This document shows positions 26,578-39,744 of a DNA stretch of 64,000 nt, piece after piece. The notes under the pieces are model-generated. The model worked only from the letters and a program-made list of their open reading frames with translations, was not told where the DNA came from and did no database searches. Position numbers and translations under genes: made by a program. This DNA is from Octopus bimaculoides (Eukaryota): assembly GCF_001194135.2 (NCBI RefSeq), contig NC_068982.1, forward strand, positions 35,598,506-35,662,505, in the 5' to 3' direction. Numbering within the stretch: the first letter of the stretch is position 1; the number at the start of each line of letters is the position of its first letter.

Positions 26578-26861
26578 TGTTTACTTTTTGTACCATTCAT
26601 TTTGACTTACCCAGTATATTTGAGAAGATTAATAAAGTTCACTGATTTGTTATCATTAGTCATGTTCATACAACCTCTTACAAAAAGCAAATCAATTTTA
26701 TGAATGTTTCCCCATCACAGCATAGCAAACAAGCTGGCTAGTTTTAGACTATATGAATTTATTTCTAAACTTTTCAAAAATCCATTTTATATAACAGAGA
26801 TAACAGAGAAGCATCAGTGGAATCTAATATTTTATTTGCCTTTCTTTCTATTTTTCATCAG

Positions 26862-26952
26862 AATACGTCAGTTGTATGTAAACACAGGGATTGCTCAGTA
26901 GTGGATTGCCGGAATCCCGTTTATCGAGATTGTTGTAAACCAGCTTCTGATA
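26862..26952 (+). CDS. NELL: NELL-like exon 4 (second half of VWC1), phase 0-1
   Basis: ttcatcag|AAT...GAT A|gtaagt. NTSVVCKHRDCSVVDCRNPVYRDCCKPASD. Confidence 0.9.
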
Positions 26953-27849
26953 GTAAGTTTCATATCCATATTAACATGTGTTTAAGTAATTGTCTATTAA
27001 TGTATTGATTTCCAATAACTTTTATATTTTTAACACTTCACTGTTATCTTGCCTTCTCAATTAAATCTCCTAAACCTGTCTCTTATGTCTTTTTGAAACT
27101 AGATCAATGTTTTCTTTTTTTTTTTTTTTTTTTTTNNNNNNNNNNTTTCTTTTTTTTTTTTTTTTCTTTTTCTAATTTGGTATAGATCAATTTATACTTG
27201 ACTTTAGATGTGTTTTAGTATAACCATAACTGTAATATTTATATGTTGCTGTCTCAATAGTGAGTAATAACATTCCTTAGCTGTTTCACATAGAGTTCCT
27301 ATAATGTTGAAACTTTACTACTTCAAGTAATATCATCATCATCACCACTACCATCTTCATCATCATTATCAGGATCCAATGGGCCCAAAGACTGCATCAT
27401 GCTCCAACATCTACTACAGCATGCTTCTTATGGCTAAATGCCTTTCCTAACACCAACCACTTTACAGCATGTAGTATGTGCTTTTTTCCATGGTACCAGC
27501 ACTAGTGAAGGTATCATGCTGATTACAAGACTACGAGCCCTAAGAGAGACAATTTTATGGTACAAGATGAAGGGCAAAAGATAGTAGAAAGGATCGTTAT
27601 TATTATTGTTATTACTAATGTGGCAAACTGGCAGAATTGTTAGCACACTAGATGAAATGCTTAGCAGCATTTAGGACGATGCTACTTTCTGAGTTCAAAT
27701 TCCACCAAGGTCTACTTTGCCTTTCATCCTTTCGGGGTCAATGAAATAAGTACCAGTTGAACACTGGAGGTCGATGTAATCAACTCATCGCCTCCCACAA
27801 AATTGCTGCCCTTTTGACAAAATTTGAAACCATTATTATTATTGTTGAT

Positions 27850-28390
27850 TGAGAAAGCAGCGCATGCCATCAAAGTAACACTGGGGTAAAATATATGAAG
27901 TTCAATATACCTATCATGACTACCCATCTGATAAAGGTTCAACAAGCACATGCATCACAACAATATGTGCATGACATGATGATCTCACATCAAGATAAAC
28001 TGCACATGACCTTGCAGGTGGGGCCCTGTTAGAATGTTCTTCTGTTAGAATAGCCCCTCCCACTCAAAGGGTCCCTGAATGAAGATTGTTTAAGGGTATT
28101 GAACAAAACACCCATGTTTCCAGAGGTGAATTATTCAAACACCAAATAATTCCTTTCAACACATGGCTATGATGCTCCTGCACTACTGCTTGTGATCAGA
28201 GATGCACATATTGTCAGCCACCAAAGGACATGCTCAACTGGTTATGGTCAAACAACTGACAATCAAATCTGTGGTATTGAGCAGAATATTTGCTGTAGCC
28301 CATCTTTTTATACCAAGACAAAACATGTACATGATATCACTTCCAATCAGTTAAGATCAGAAGCCATGAGAGCCACTACCTATCCCTAAT
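27850..28390 (-). mobile_element. non-coding interspersed repeat family E (copies 41005-41330 and 57447-57675)
   Basis: Three homologous copies sharing gcatgccatcaaagtgacactggggt...catgaccttgcaggtggg...aaggtccctgaataaggg. One end always abuts an ATT/TAA run. Confidence 0.7.
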
Positions 28391-28517
28391 GTTTGTAATT
28401 TAGTGCTAGAAACAGAAATTAATAGACTTATGACTGGCTTTATTGTTAAGGTGTGTTTGTATATGCTGTATAGTTCACAAGACATTCTATATGTATGTTA
28501 TCTTTTCTCTTGGACAG

Positions 28518-28600
28518 ATTGCTGTATCATGGATAACAATGAATATTATAACCCTGGGGAAAAATTCCAAAAAAGTAACTGTTTCTATTGTGCCTGTGAT
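28518..28600 (+). CDS. NELL: NELL-like exon 5 (first half of VWC2), phase 1-0
   Basis: ttggacag|AT TGC...GAT|gtaagt. (N)CCIMDNNEYYNPGEKFQKSNCFYCACD. Confidence 0.92.
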
Positions 28601-28803
28601 GTAAGTCTTGCTTTATTTTAATTATCATTTTTTTAATGGTGATAATCATATTTATCAATATTTTATTGTCCCTTTGTCAATATATTAGTGTCCCTTTGTC
28701 AATGACAAGCATATTTTGGGTTTTGGGGGTTTTCTCTTTTTTTGCCATTGGACTGCAACCATATTGAAGTACTACCTTGGACGGTTTTATATATCATTTT
28801 GCG

Positions 28804-29373
<570 letters not shown>

Positions 29374-29400
29374 ACTTTCTCTCTTCATTTTTATCTCAAT

Positions 29401-29438
29401 CCTTTCTGTCGAAGAGCATAGGCTCAAAACATAAAGGA
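29401..29438 (+). ncRNA. degenerate hammerhead-like motif in a Penelope-like terminal repeat
   Basis: ccttt-CUGUCGA-A-GAGC auag GCUC-aaaac-ata-aagg. cgaaacgt appears decayed to caaaacat, and position 6 of the core is U. Confidence 0.4.
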
Positions 29439-30849
29439 CTTTTCCATTTTTCCCAAGCATTAAACTAATACACCTACTTGTTGTTCCTACACTTGTTTTC
29501 GTCTTTTGTTTTCTGTAAATTTGAACTATATATATAAATATATATAGATAGATATATATATGTATTTATATATATATATATATACACGTATGTGTGTGTG
29601 TATTTATATATGCATGTGTATATTGGTGTCTCCTTGTTTTGATATCATGTAATAGTTGTAAATGAGTGTCACTGCCATACAAGAGGTGTCAATCATTTTC
29701 AATATGTCTGGCCATGGGGAAATATTATCTTGCTTGGAAACAGGTGAGGGTTAGCGAAAGGAAAAGTATTCAGTTGTAGAAAATCTGCCTCAATAAATTC
29801 TGTCTGTCCTATGCATGCATGGAAGAGTGGATGTTAAAAAAATTACAATGATGATAACTCCATGTTTCATTTAATTCTGAAAATAACCAAGAATTTGGTA
29901 AGATTTAGTAAAATAACTTTCATTATAAATTTGGAATTTAAAAAAAGTGGAAGATTTTAGTTTAACTTTCAACAATTGAAAACTGGCAGAATTTATATAA
30001 AAGACCCCAAGGCAGTTTCAGATATGTCAGTGTCAAAAGGGTTAAGTTCTGTAACAGATTTCTCTCCTCCACCTCTTTTGACTTTTATAGTATTTTTTAA
30101 GACTATAAATGTAGAAAAATAATGAACAAATACTTAGCCATATACAGTAGCAGATTAATTGTTCAAGGTCAAAACTATTGTAGACAAAACATTGTTCTAT
30201 GGAATATTACTCTGACAAGAAACCTCCTCACCACCTCTCTCTCGTTTTCCCCTCTTTCTCTTTCTCACTCTCTCTCACTTCCCCTCTTTCTCTCTCTCTC
30301 ACTGTTTCTTCTTTGTCTCTTTTTTTATTTCTTGTATGTATGTTATATGCTTGAGAAAGAGATATACTTTGAATAAATCCTCTATGGTCCCTTCATTGAT
30401 TTAAAAATAGTTTCCCCACTGATATATCATTAAAATTATCAGATGCAGGCATGGCTGTGTGGTGAGAAGTTTGCTTCCCAACCACATGCGTTTGGTTTCA
30501 GACCTACTGTGTGGTACCGTGGGCAAGTGTCTTCTTCTATCGCCCCAGGTTGATCAAAGTCTTGTGTGTGAATTTGGTTGACAGAAACTGAAAGACGCCC
30601 ATCATATATATGTGTGTGTGTCTTTATTTTGGGGGTCTGTCCACTCACTTCTTGACAAGTAGTGTTGGTTTGTTTACACCCACATAGCTTAGCAGTTCAA
30701 CAAAAGAGACTGATAGATTAAGTGCTATGCTTAAATAAGTACTGGAGTTTCTTTGTTCTGTTTGACCAAAAACTTTTCAAGGCAGTGTTCCTGCATGGCC
30801 AGAGTCCAATGACTAAAGCAAATAAATGGTAAAAGAAAGCAATATTTAT

Positions 30850-31287
30850 AAATTTATCTGCACTTAAACATGGATGTTGTTAGTACAAACTATACTGCAG
30901 TGGATACTATATTAGCTTTTAGTGCAAAAAACACTCTTGTTTATATCACTAAAGGGGAGATGAAACCTTGCCACCTCCAGTGCCAAGATGACCAGATCAC
31001 ATGATTTCGACCTTCCTTGGTCTCATCAATGATGGACACTTGACCACTAGAGGTTGCAGTAACTCATTTCCCTGTCAGCAATATATAGAAAAACAGTGTC
31101 AGAATTAGCCAGTGAACTTGTTAAAAAAATATATATTAGCAACAGAAACAGTATTAATACAGGAGGTAAAATTTATCCCCACTTAAACATAGATGTTCTG
31201 TTAGAACAAACTATACTGTGGTAGTCACCATGAGAGAAAATCTCACATTGGCTCTTGGTGCAAAATGCACTCTTGTTTATATCGCTA
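30850..31287. repeat. diverged direct repeats 30850-30951 and 31169-31287 (period about 319)
   Basis: aaatttatc..cacttaaacat.gatgtt..gttag.acaaactatactg...gtgcaaaa..cactcttgtttatatc.cta occurs twice. Confidence 0.85.
30987..31035 (-). ncRNA. type I hammerhead motif with C3U substitution
   Basis: Minus strand: ccatca-UUGAUGA-GACC aaggaa GGUC-GAA-AUCA ug UGAU-C-ugguc. Stems II and III are perfect, the site is AUC, and stem I is 4 bp. Confidence 0.7.
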
Positions 31288-31369
31288 TAAATTTGTAAAA
31301 CATGAATATTGTTTCTTTTTTTATATAATCTATTTTGTCTTGTTTGCTTTTGGTATTTTACTATTTCAG

Positions 31370-31469
31370 AATGCAAGCATAGTTTGTAACCAGACTTCAT
31401 GCCCTGAACTAAATTGCTCAAAGGACAGTAGAATATATATTGATGGAGAATGCTGCCCAATATGCAATG
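31370..31469 (+). CDS. NELL: NELL-like exon 6 (second half of VWC2), phase 0-1
   Basis: tatttcag|AAT...AAT G|gtaggt. NASIVCNQTSCPELNCSKDSRIYIDGECCPICN, ending in the canonical CC-x-x-C. Confidence 0.93.
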
Positions 31470-32289
31470 GTAGGTATTTTGACAAATTATAATCTCACAC
31501 TAAGTACAAACACCAGTGTACAAATATTGAATACATATACAGTATCAGACCTTTTATCCAGTTTCCAGAAATCCAAGAATACTGTACAATATATTGTACC
31601 CTGAATTGAGTAAATAGACCCTGTTTTTGAAGTTGGTTAATTTGCATATGATGTGTTAAAAATAGTATTGTTCTTTAATTTCTTAAGTGGATTGATAAAG
31701 ATAGTAAACATACCCTACATCAGAAGTGTATTAATTTGTACTTGTATCTTTTAAATAATATCTTCTACTTTATTTTTCTTTGTTAAATTTTCACCCTATA
31801 AACATTGTACTCTATATGTGATGCAGAATGATTTATCTTAAAAATTTTAAGTGGATTAATGGATCTCAAACAAACCCTGCTTTAGAAATGTACTGATATG
31901 AATCTGTTACATATGGCTTAGCTCTTTACTTTTCAGTTAATTTTATATTTTAAGTATATATTTAGGCAGTCTTCAGAAAACTGGAAAGTCCAGAAATCTG
32001 GGTCACTTCAGGCCCCAATTTTGCTGGATAACTGGTCAGGTGCTGTATATGTATATGTGTCATGCTGCATCTCCCTGAGGACTACATTAAGGGTATGTGT
32101 GTCTGTGGAGTGCTCAGCAACTTGCATGTTAATTTTGGATCAAACCCTCATTGTCATAACTGACAGAGTACCAGTTTTATACATATCATCATCATATATA
32201 TATATATATATATATACATATATCCATCCATCTTCTTTGCTTGTTATTCTTGGGAGATTCATGGTAGTAGAGTCCTCAGGCAAAGGGGT

Positions 32290-32700
32290 CTATCAGAAGC
32301 AACCATTATTAGACATTTCAGTTGGTTTCCCAAGTGTGACCAACTGGAACTATGGATATTATCCAGCCATTTCATTCTAGGTCTACCTCTAGGACTCCTG
32401 TTGGTTGGCTCAGCTTGAATACTCTGTCATGCAATTCTTTCCTGCAACATTCTAATCACATGTGCATAGTACCTGAGCTGTACCCTTTCAATGCAAAGAA
32501 GTAACAACTCAACCCGGACAGACTCCATGATCTCTGAGCTATGTACCCTATAAAATAACCTTACTCCAGAGATCCTTTGGAGAAACCTCATTTTGACTGC
32601 TTGTATTTGCAATCACACTCTTTCTGTCTTTACCCAACATTCATGATAAGGATAGGCACATAAACTGAAATAAAGCTTGCAAGTGTGGCTTTTTAACCAA
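32290..32700 (-). mobile_element. RTE/RTEX LINE 3' coding fragment
   Basis: MQIQAVKMRFLQRISGVRLFYRVHSSEIMESVRVELLLLCIERVQLRYYAHVIRMLQERIA, followed by PTGVLEVDLEWNGWII-like (RGRPRMKWLDNI) sequence. Confidence 0.85.
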
Positions 32701-32748
32701 CCTCTCCTCTTGTGATATGTATATTATATTTTTTATGTGTTGGTTATT

Positions 32749-32822
32749 GCTGGTCAGAGAATTACCATTGGTTTCATGTCTATTATTGCTCTTAACAACA
32801 TAGACGATTCATCAAACCTGCT
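32749..32822 (-). ncRNA. degenerate hammerhead motif (C3U, long stem II, poor stem I)
   Basis: Minus strand: UUGAUGA-AU(c)GUCUAU...AUAGAC-AU-GAA-ACC aau GGU-A. Confidence 0.5.
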
Positions 32823-34190
32823 AGTTAGAGGCACATAATCTTTTTACTAATGGAAGGATACAGTCTTGGTCAGCAAGGTTATGAAAAAAATGCCTGAAAT
32901 GAATTTCTTTGAAACAAAAACTCCTTCTGGGCAAGGTAGAGTTACCTTCCTTTGAATGGTTGTCTTCAGAACAGTTGTCTAGTTGCCTTCAAAAGGAGTT
33001 AGTTTTTGTATGATTTCTATTCACTTGACAGCAAGCAGAGAAGCCCAGTAGGTACCCTCATGAGATAAAATTTATGTTGGAGACATGGGCTTCCCTGCTT
33101 TCTGACCAACCATAACGAATGACTACATAAAATATCACTGCTCCAGAACATTTTATAGAGTATGCTTTTTTTGGTCTTATGAACAACTGACTGATTATAT
33201 GCATGTATATGTGTGTGTGAGTATACATATAAATACATATACATACATATATATATNNNNNNNNNNNNNNNNNNNNNNNNNNNNNNNNNNNNNNNNNNNN
33301 NNNNNNNNNNNNNNNNNNNNNNNNNNNNNNNNNNNNNNNNNNNNNNNNNNNNNNNNNNNNNNNNNNNNNNNNNNNNNNNNNNATATATGTGTGTGTGTGT
33401 GTGTGTGTGTGTTATATTTGTATTTGTTTGCATATTCTTAATCTGATGGAATATAGGTCTCCTAGAATTAAGTAACAGAATTAACTTTGCCACATACAAG
33501 ATACATATAAGCCCTAGCTAATACTTTCATCAAGAAATCTGAGGAATTGTAATTTTTCAATAACTAATTCTGCTAAGTTTATAAGACACTGGAAGAAAAA
33601 GGCAATGAAAATTTTTAGCAGAAGCCAGAAATGTTATTATAGATAATGAATAGATATGCTCATTCCAGATCAATATTCACAGGAGATTTCTGTCGTAAAT
33701 ATTTCATTGACATTATCAGGAGAATATCAGATAAAGTTGCTGTCAGTGAGAATTTATATGGGAAACAAGGGATGAAAAATCTACCTTAACCAAAGGATGA
33801 TCTACTGTTTCAGTTGTCTTCCTAGTCTTTGAATGTACTTCATGTTAATCTGTCTAAGTTGCCAGAAAAGGTAGAAAGCTCAGCAAAAAGAACTTTATAT
33901 TTTGTTTCAAACCCTGTTGTTGTTAACTCTGTTTTTCCCTTTTCTCTGACTTATAAAATAATGACATTCAAAGGAATACTTTCTGCTTGAAGATCATGTA
34001 CTTAGGTGGAAGGGGCTAGCATATTTAATTACTTAGCCATTAGAAATTTTACCTATAATGATAAGACAGTCATTAATATTAACAATAATTATTCTTTCAA
34101 GGCAAAGGAGACAACTTCAAAATTCAGATTGATTTAAAATTGTATTGTGGTTTCCTGTAAAGAGTCAGTCTGATCTTTGACCAGTGCAGG

Positions 34191-34227
34191 GACAATGCTA
34201 TGTTTCAGTCTTATTAGACCTCCTCAG
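34191..34227 (-). ncRNA. hammerhead motif with intact core but no adjacent stem I
   Basis: Minus strand: CUGAGGA-GGUCU aaua AGACU-GAA-ACA uagcau UGU-C, giving a GUC site. Confidence 0.62.
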
Positions 34228-34516
34228 TGAAACATACTCTGTACTCTTACATATATTTACCAAACTATAGGATAACTATGTGAAGATAATCAGCATTTTA
34301 GACAAAAACATATTCACTCATTAGGAAGTTAAAATACTTGGGAAATTTTTCTCAGGAATGCCTTCTGTATAAAAAAAAATATATAAGTCAAAATGGGGCT
34401 AACAGACTTTATATAATAAACCAAAGGTGTATGTGTACACACACACACACACACACTTGCATATATATGTGTATGTGTGTGTGTGTAGTTCATAGCTGAG
34501 AGGTTTAAACTTGAGC

Positions 34517-34571
<55 letters not shown>

Positions 34572-35313
34572 CTAATGTATTGGTATTCGCTTCTGTTTAT
34601 TATATATATCCAGAGGTATAATGCTATCCTGTGCATAGTTAGAAGAAATCTGATATCTACAATTGTCTGATTGATTGAATTTTAGTAAGTAGGATTGTTA
34701 TTTCATAAACTGGTTATTTTGCAGTTAGGTGCTGTATAATGAAATAATTAAGAAGGACAAAGTTTCAATATTGCTGTATGGCAACTTAAGCAAATGTCAT
34801 TTTCTATAGCCTTCGGTCAACCCATACTTTATGCGTGAAACTGGATAAATGGATATTATAAGGAAGCCTCCTGGATGGATTTTACCAGTAATTTAATGGT
34901 GCAGCCTTGTAACTCTGAGTCATGCTGATGCCACATGAGAGTTACAATAAGAGTATATGTATATGTGGAATACTCAGCCACCTCCGTGCTAATTCAATGG
35001 GTCTGATAGTTTAGTTGGTTGAACAATTGAACATTCATGGTTGGAAATTCTGACCAAGATCCATCTTCATTTATTTCACTATGGTTTTATCCTGTTTGTT
35101 GCTTTTTATCCTATCACTCCAGCTGTCAGAAACATTTGCTTCAAAGAAGTTTTGGATATTAGATTCATTCTTACCAAGAGTAGGTAAAAATGGCAAATAG
35201 TAGTTTGTACAGCTCAAATATGTCCCAAACATATTCAGACTGATTTAAATGTTTTGTTCACTCTCAGAAACCCTGAGCCATTGTTGACTGATATCATTTT
35301 TTTTTTTTTCCAG

Positions 35314-35433
35314 GAACCAATTTTTGTGCATTAGACCATAATTGTCATGTCAATGCAACTTGTGTGAATCTCACAACAAGATACATCTGCCAGTGTAAGT
35401 CTGGATTCCATGGAAATGGTACTCACTGCAAAG
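35314..35433 (+). CDS. NELL: NELL-like exon 7 (EGF1), phase 1-1
   Basis: tttccag|GA ACC...AAA G|gtaaaa. (G)TNFCALDHNCHVNATCVNLTTRYICQCKSGFHGNGTHCK, a six-Cys EGF domain. Confidence 0.94.
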
Positions 35434-37109
35434 GTAAAATAAACTTTTCATACCCCCATCTTTATAAATTATATACATTTAAAAAAAATACACTAATAAG
35501 ATTGTAGCTTATTTAACTTTGTATTCATGTTTACACATATTAAATATTGTTTTGTAACATGTTCTGTGCACTGTGTTTACCAATCTTACCAATGTGTATG
35601 ATAACCCCTTGTTTTTATGTATGCATGTTTCTGGGGTTTCTTTTCCCGTTTCATATGTTTTTCTCAAATCTTGTACAAAATTTGGAATTTTTGATCTCCC
35701 TCTTTATATGTCATTTGTCAATAAGATTTATCTTTAAAAAAAAAAGAATCATTGAAAAACGTTGTTTTTATAAACAATCTTATTGTTTTGACTTTCTATT
35801 AATACACTACTCTCAGTAGTTCTCTTGCTACATACTAAACGGTCTATAATTGTATGATTGCATTTAATTCTAATATTTCAGTAGGCTATCATTAATGTCC
35901 TGCTCACACACATATATATATACATACTATCACTGACATTTATTGTCAAACATATCTATTCTGCCCTTATAATCAGTAGAGGTTGTTGTACTTGTAGTTC
36001 TAAATGTGTGCATTCATTTTAGTGTGAGAACATATTACTTCATACTCTGCATTGTGTATCTTTAATGATAAGTAATTCTATCCAGGACATTGCTGTTCCT
36101 GCTGCTAACCAGCTTCAGTCAGTTCTGATTGATTAAATACATGACATGGAAATTGTCAATGAAATGCCTTTGCTCTAACACTGAATACATCTGGTTTTTG
36201 CTGTTGCTGTTCTTGTTCTTGTTCCTGGAACAGCTCTTTACATTCTGCTATCAAATGATTGATTGGTTATGGCAAGTGCATTAGGATAATCTGATCAGTT
36301 TGCATCTTGTTTGATTTTGTAAGTTGTGAAGTGTTGGTATGATCTTTCAGAATATTTTGTGCTAACATGGAAGACCAGATATATTAGTTCATATATATAT
36401 ATATATATATATATACAAATCAAATAACACCAATACAGTGGGGAGAAAAATTAAGAAACCTGCTTTCTTTGGTCCTATTAAATAGTTTTGAATCTTTACT
36501 AATAAGAAATGCATTTAAAAGTAATTTTAATTTTGTCAGCATTTTGACTAAGTTTTTCATTCCATACTAATGGGTGTTTTGTTTGTTTTTTTTTTTCATC
36601 TTCTGCTATCTAAATAAACAATTCTGAGGTCAATGCTGAAAATATTGCATATGTGAAATGGCTGTTTTTCTCTGCATGTTGGAATTCCAGTATTCCATTT
36701 TTAACTAACATCTTGTATGATTAGGTATGATTTCTCAACTAACATCTTGACAACTGTCCATTTTTTTTTTCACCATGTTCATCAGAGAAATCTATTTTTA
36801 CTTTTCTCTTAAATATCATCTTCATAATTCATATCTGTTGTAATAATATTAATTAATTAATTAATTAATTAATTAGGGTCCTGATCAAGGATATTCATTT
36901 GTTTCACTTCATTCTCAAAAGCTATTAAATCTACTTCTATGTACAGGCATTTTGTTGGGTTTGAACTAAGATGCATTTCTTAAATTGAAAGAATTGACTT
37001 CCACAGTGAAGCAGTTTGTGTTAGAAACTAAACTGATATGAAAACATTTACTTCAACAATTCAAAACTTAAATATTTAAATATCTGGTTGCATGAGAAAC
37101 ACTCTAGAA

Positions 37110-37480
37110 ACATATGTATATATATGCATGTATGTATTTTTATATATATATATGTATTTTTACATATATATAAACACACACACACACATATATATATATA
37201 TGTACATTTATTATTACGTATATTTATATATATATATTTATCTATATATATATTTATTTATATACATATTTATATATATTTATTTATATATTTATATATA
37301 TTTATTTATATATTTATATATATTTATTCATATATTTATATATATTTATTTATATATATATATTTTCATATACATACATATATATATATATATATACACA
37401 CACATTTATATGTATATATATAAATACTTATATATGTGTGTGTATTTATATGTATATACACACACACACGTATATATAAA
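37110..37480. repeat. compound (TA)/(CA)/AT-rich microsatellite; many others throughout, e.g. (TAA)n 39677-39742 and (ATT)n 45953-46021, 46850-46916, 57403-57436, 61327-61392
   Basis: Directly visible. These runs explain the YIYI and poly-N/Y/L ORFs in the track. Confidence 0.95.
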
Positions 37481-39090
37481 ACAGACTTTCACAGTTTCTT
37501 GGCGCATTGGTTGGCCTGGAGCTGTAGTAGAAGACACTTGCCCAAAGTACCATGCAGAGGAACTGAACCTGAAACCATGTGGCTACACAGTGAGCTCCTT
37601 AACCACATGTCGGTGGTGATAATGAGTATAATAATGATATCTAACTTTGATACAAAGCCATATATTTCTAAGAGAAAGCGGTATATATTTCTAGGCGAAT
37701 AGCTGGTTAAATCCACTCCAGTATGTAACTGGAACTTATTTATATCAACACTCAAAGAAATTCACAATAAAAGTCAACTTTAGTGAGATTTTGAACTCGA
37801 AATATAAAGAATACAGTAAAATAATGTACAGCATTTTATTTAGTACCTACCAGTTCTGCAGTTGTCCCTCCACAATAATACTATTAATAATAGTAATAAT
37901 ATATTTATGGGTATTAACCAAAATTATCTGGAAAGTCCTTGAGGCAAAGTAAAAATAGCTAGAAGGCTTATAACAGAGGAAGGGACAAGAAAATTTCTCA
38001 TTCGAGTTCCTTAAAATGTAGTCTGATAGGAAGCATAATAAAATGGATTATAACAGCAATACCATGTAACAGCCTAATAATAATAATAATAATCCTTTCT
38101 ACAAGAGACACTAGGCCAGAAATTTGGTAGAGGGATTAGTCAGTTACATCAACACCAGCATTTAACTGATACTTATTTCATTGACCCGCCAAAAATAAAA
38201 GGCTAAATCTACTTTTGTGGCGTTTGAACTCAGACCATGAAGCCAGAAGAAGCATGCTAATGACTCTGCCAGTTTATCACTTTAATAATAATATGACTAA
38301 AAGTAATGACGATGATAATAATAATAACAACAACAACAATGATGTTAGTAATGCATAGGCTTAAAGCTATATATAGTGAAGGCAGAATGAGATTATTTTA
38401 TTAGCAACGTAAGTAAAATGAAATGAAGTATAAAATAAAAAAACAGTTTACCACAGACTTCTCTTCTGCTACACACATGCATTTATGTATGTATGTGTGC
38501 ATATGTATTTATATATGAATCTATAAGCATATTATATTCATGTATATGTATATAAATGCACATATGTATATGTCTATATAGGTATTTCTCAATATGTATT
38601 TCAATATATCGCTATGACATAGTCACAGAGTGCATGAGACATAGGAAGAGACCTATAATAATGAAATCAGATATATATGTAAGGATATACATACATCATA
38701 CTCTAGGAAATGTGAATATTAAAATTAAAATTTAATTATTGAAATTAAATATTAATTTTTAGATATTAATATATATGTTTGTATATTTATATGCATGTAT
38801 ATATGTGTATGTGTGTGTGTGTGCATGTATGTCTACACACATACACATACATATGTGTGTGTGTGTATATATTAATGTATGTATATGCATACATTGCATA
38901 TCATCATGATATACAATACATGTATATGTAGGTATATATTATATACATGTATGTGTTATGGAAAGTCACTTCATAATTTCATACAACTCAGCCTAGACAG
39001 CAAAACTGAATTCCTGTATAAATAAATATTGAAATACTCAAAATAGTAAAGTCTCATAATGCTTGCAGACATTCAAATAAGAAGAAGAAG

Positions 39091-39452
39091 AACAGTCAGA
39101 GAGCACAAACCTCCACCAAGGCAACACCAACGTTCTCTCAATGATTAGCAAGAGATGATTTTTAAAATGAGAATATCTGAAATAAACTCAACTGCTCTCA
39201 CAAACGAGAATACTAAAAATGAACCCAACCGCTCTCAAAAATTAAGTAAAAAACAGGAAAAATAATCAAGAATCCTTGTCCGGTATGGGATCAATCCCAA
39301 AACCTAATCAGTTTGTGCCAGTCATGAGGCCAAACATTCTTGAAAGTTTCATCAGAATCTATCCAGTGGTTTTTGAGATATCTTGTCCACAGACAAACAA
39401 ACAAACACAACTGAAAACAATACCTCCGCTTTCACTAAGGTGGAGGTAATAA
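39091..39452 (+). mobile_element. Helentron/DINE-1-like non-autonomous element
   Basis: 5' subterminal acctccacc (39109), internal (CAAA)n, and a 3' hairpin acctccgc...gtggaggt (39422-39447) containing the inverted partner. Confidence 0.6.
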
Positions 39453-39674
39453 TGACTTTGTAATTTAGTCTGAAAGCCTGCAATTTTACGAAACAGAGTA
39501 AGTGCATTGCATCAAACTCACTGCTCAACTGGTATTTATTTCATCGACCTGGAAAGGAGGAAAAACAAAGTCAACCTTGATGGAATTTGAACTCAGAATG
39601 TAAAGAGCTGCAAGAAATGCCATTGAGCATTTTGTCCTGCACAGCATTGATTCTCCCAGTTTGCTGTCTTTATA

Positions 39675-39742
<68 letters not shown>

Positions 39743-39744
<2 letters not shown>

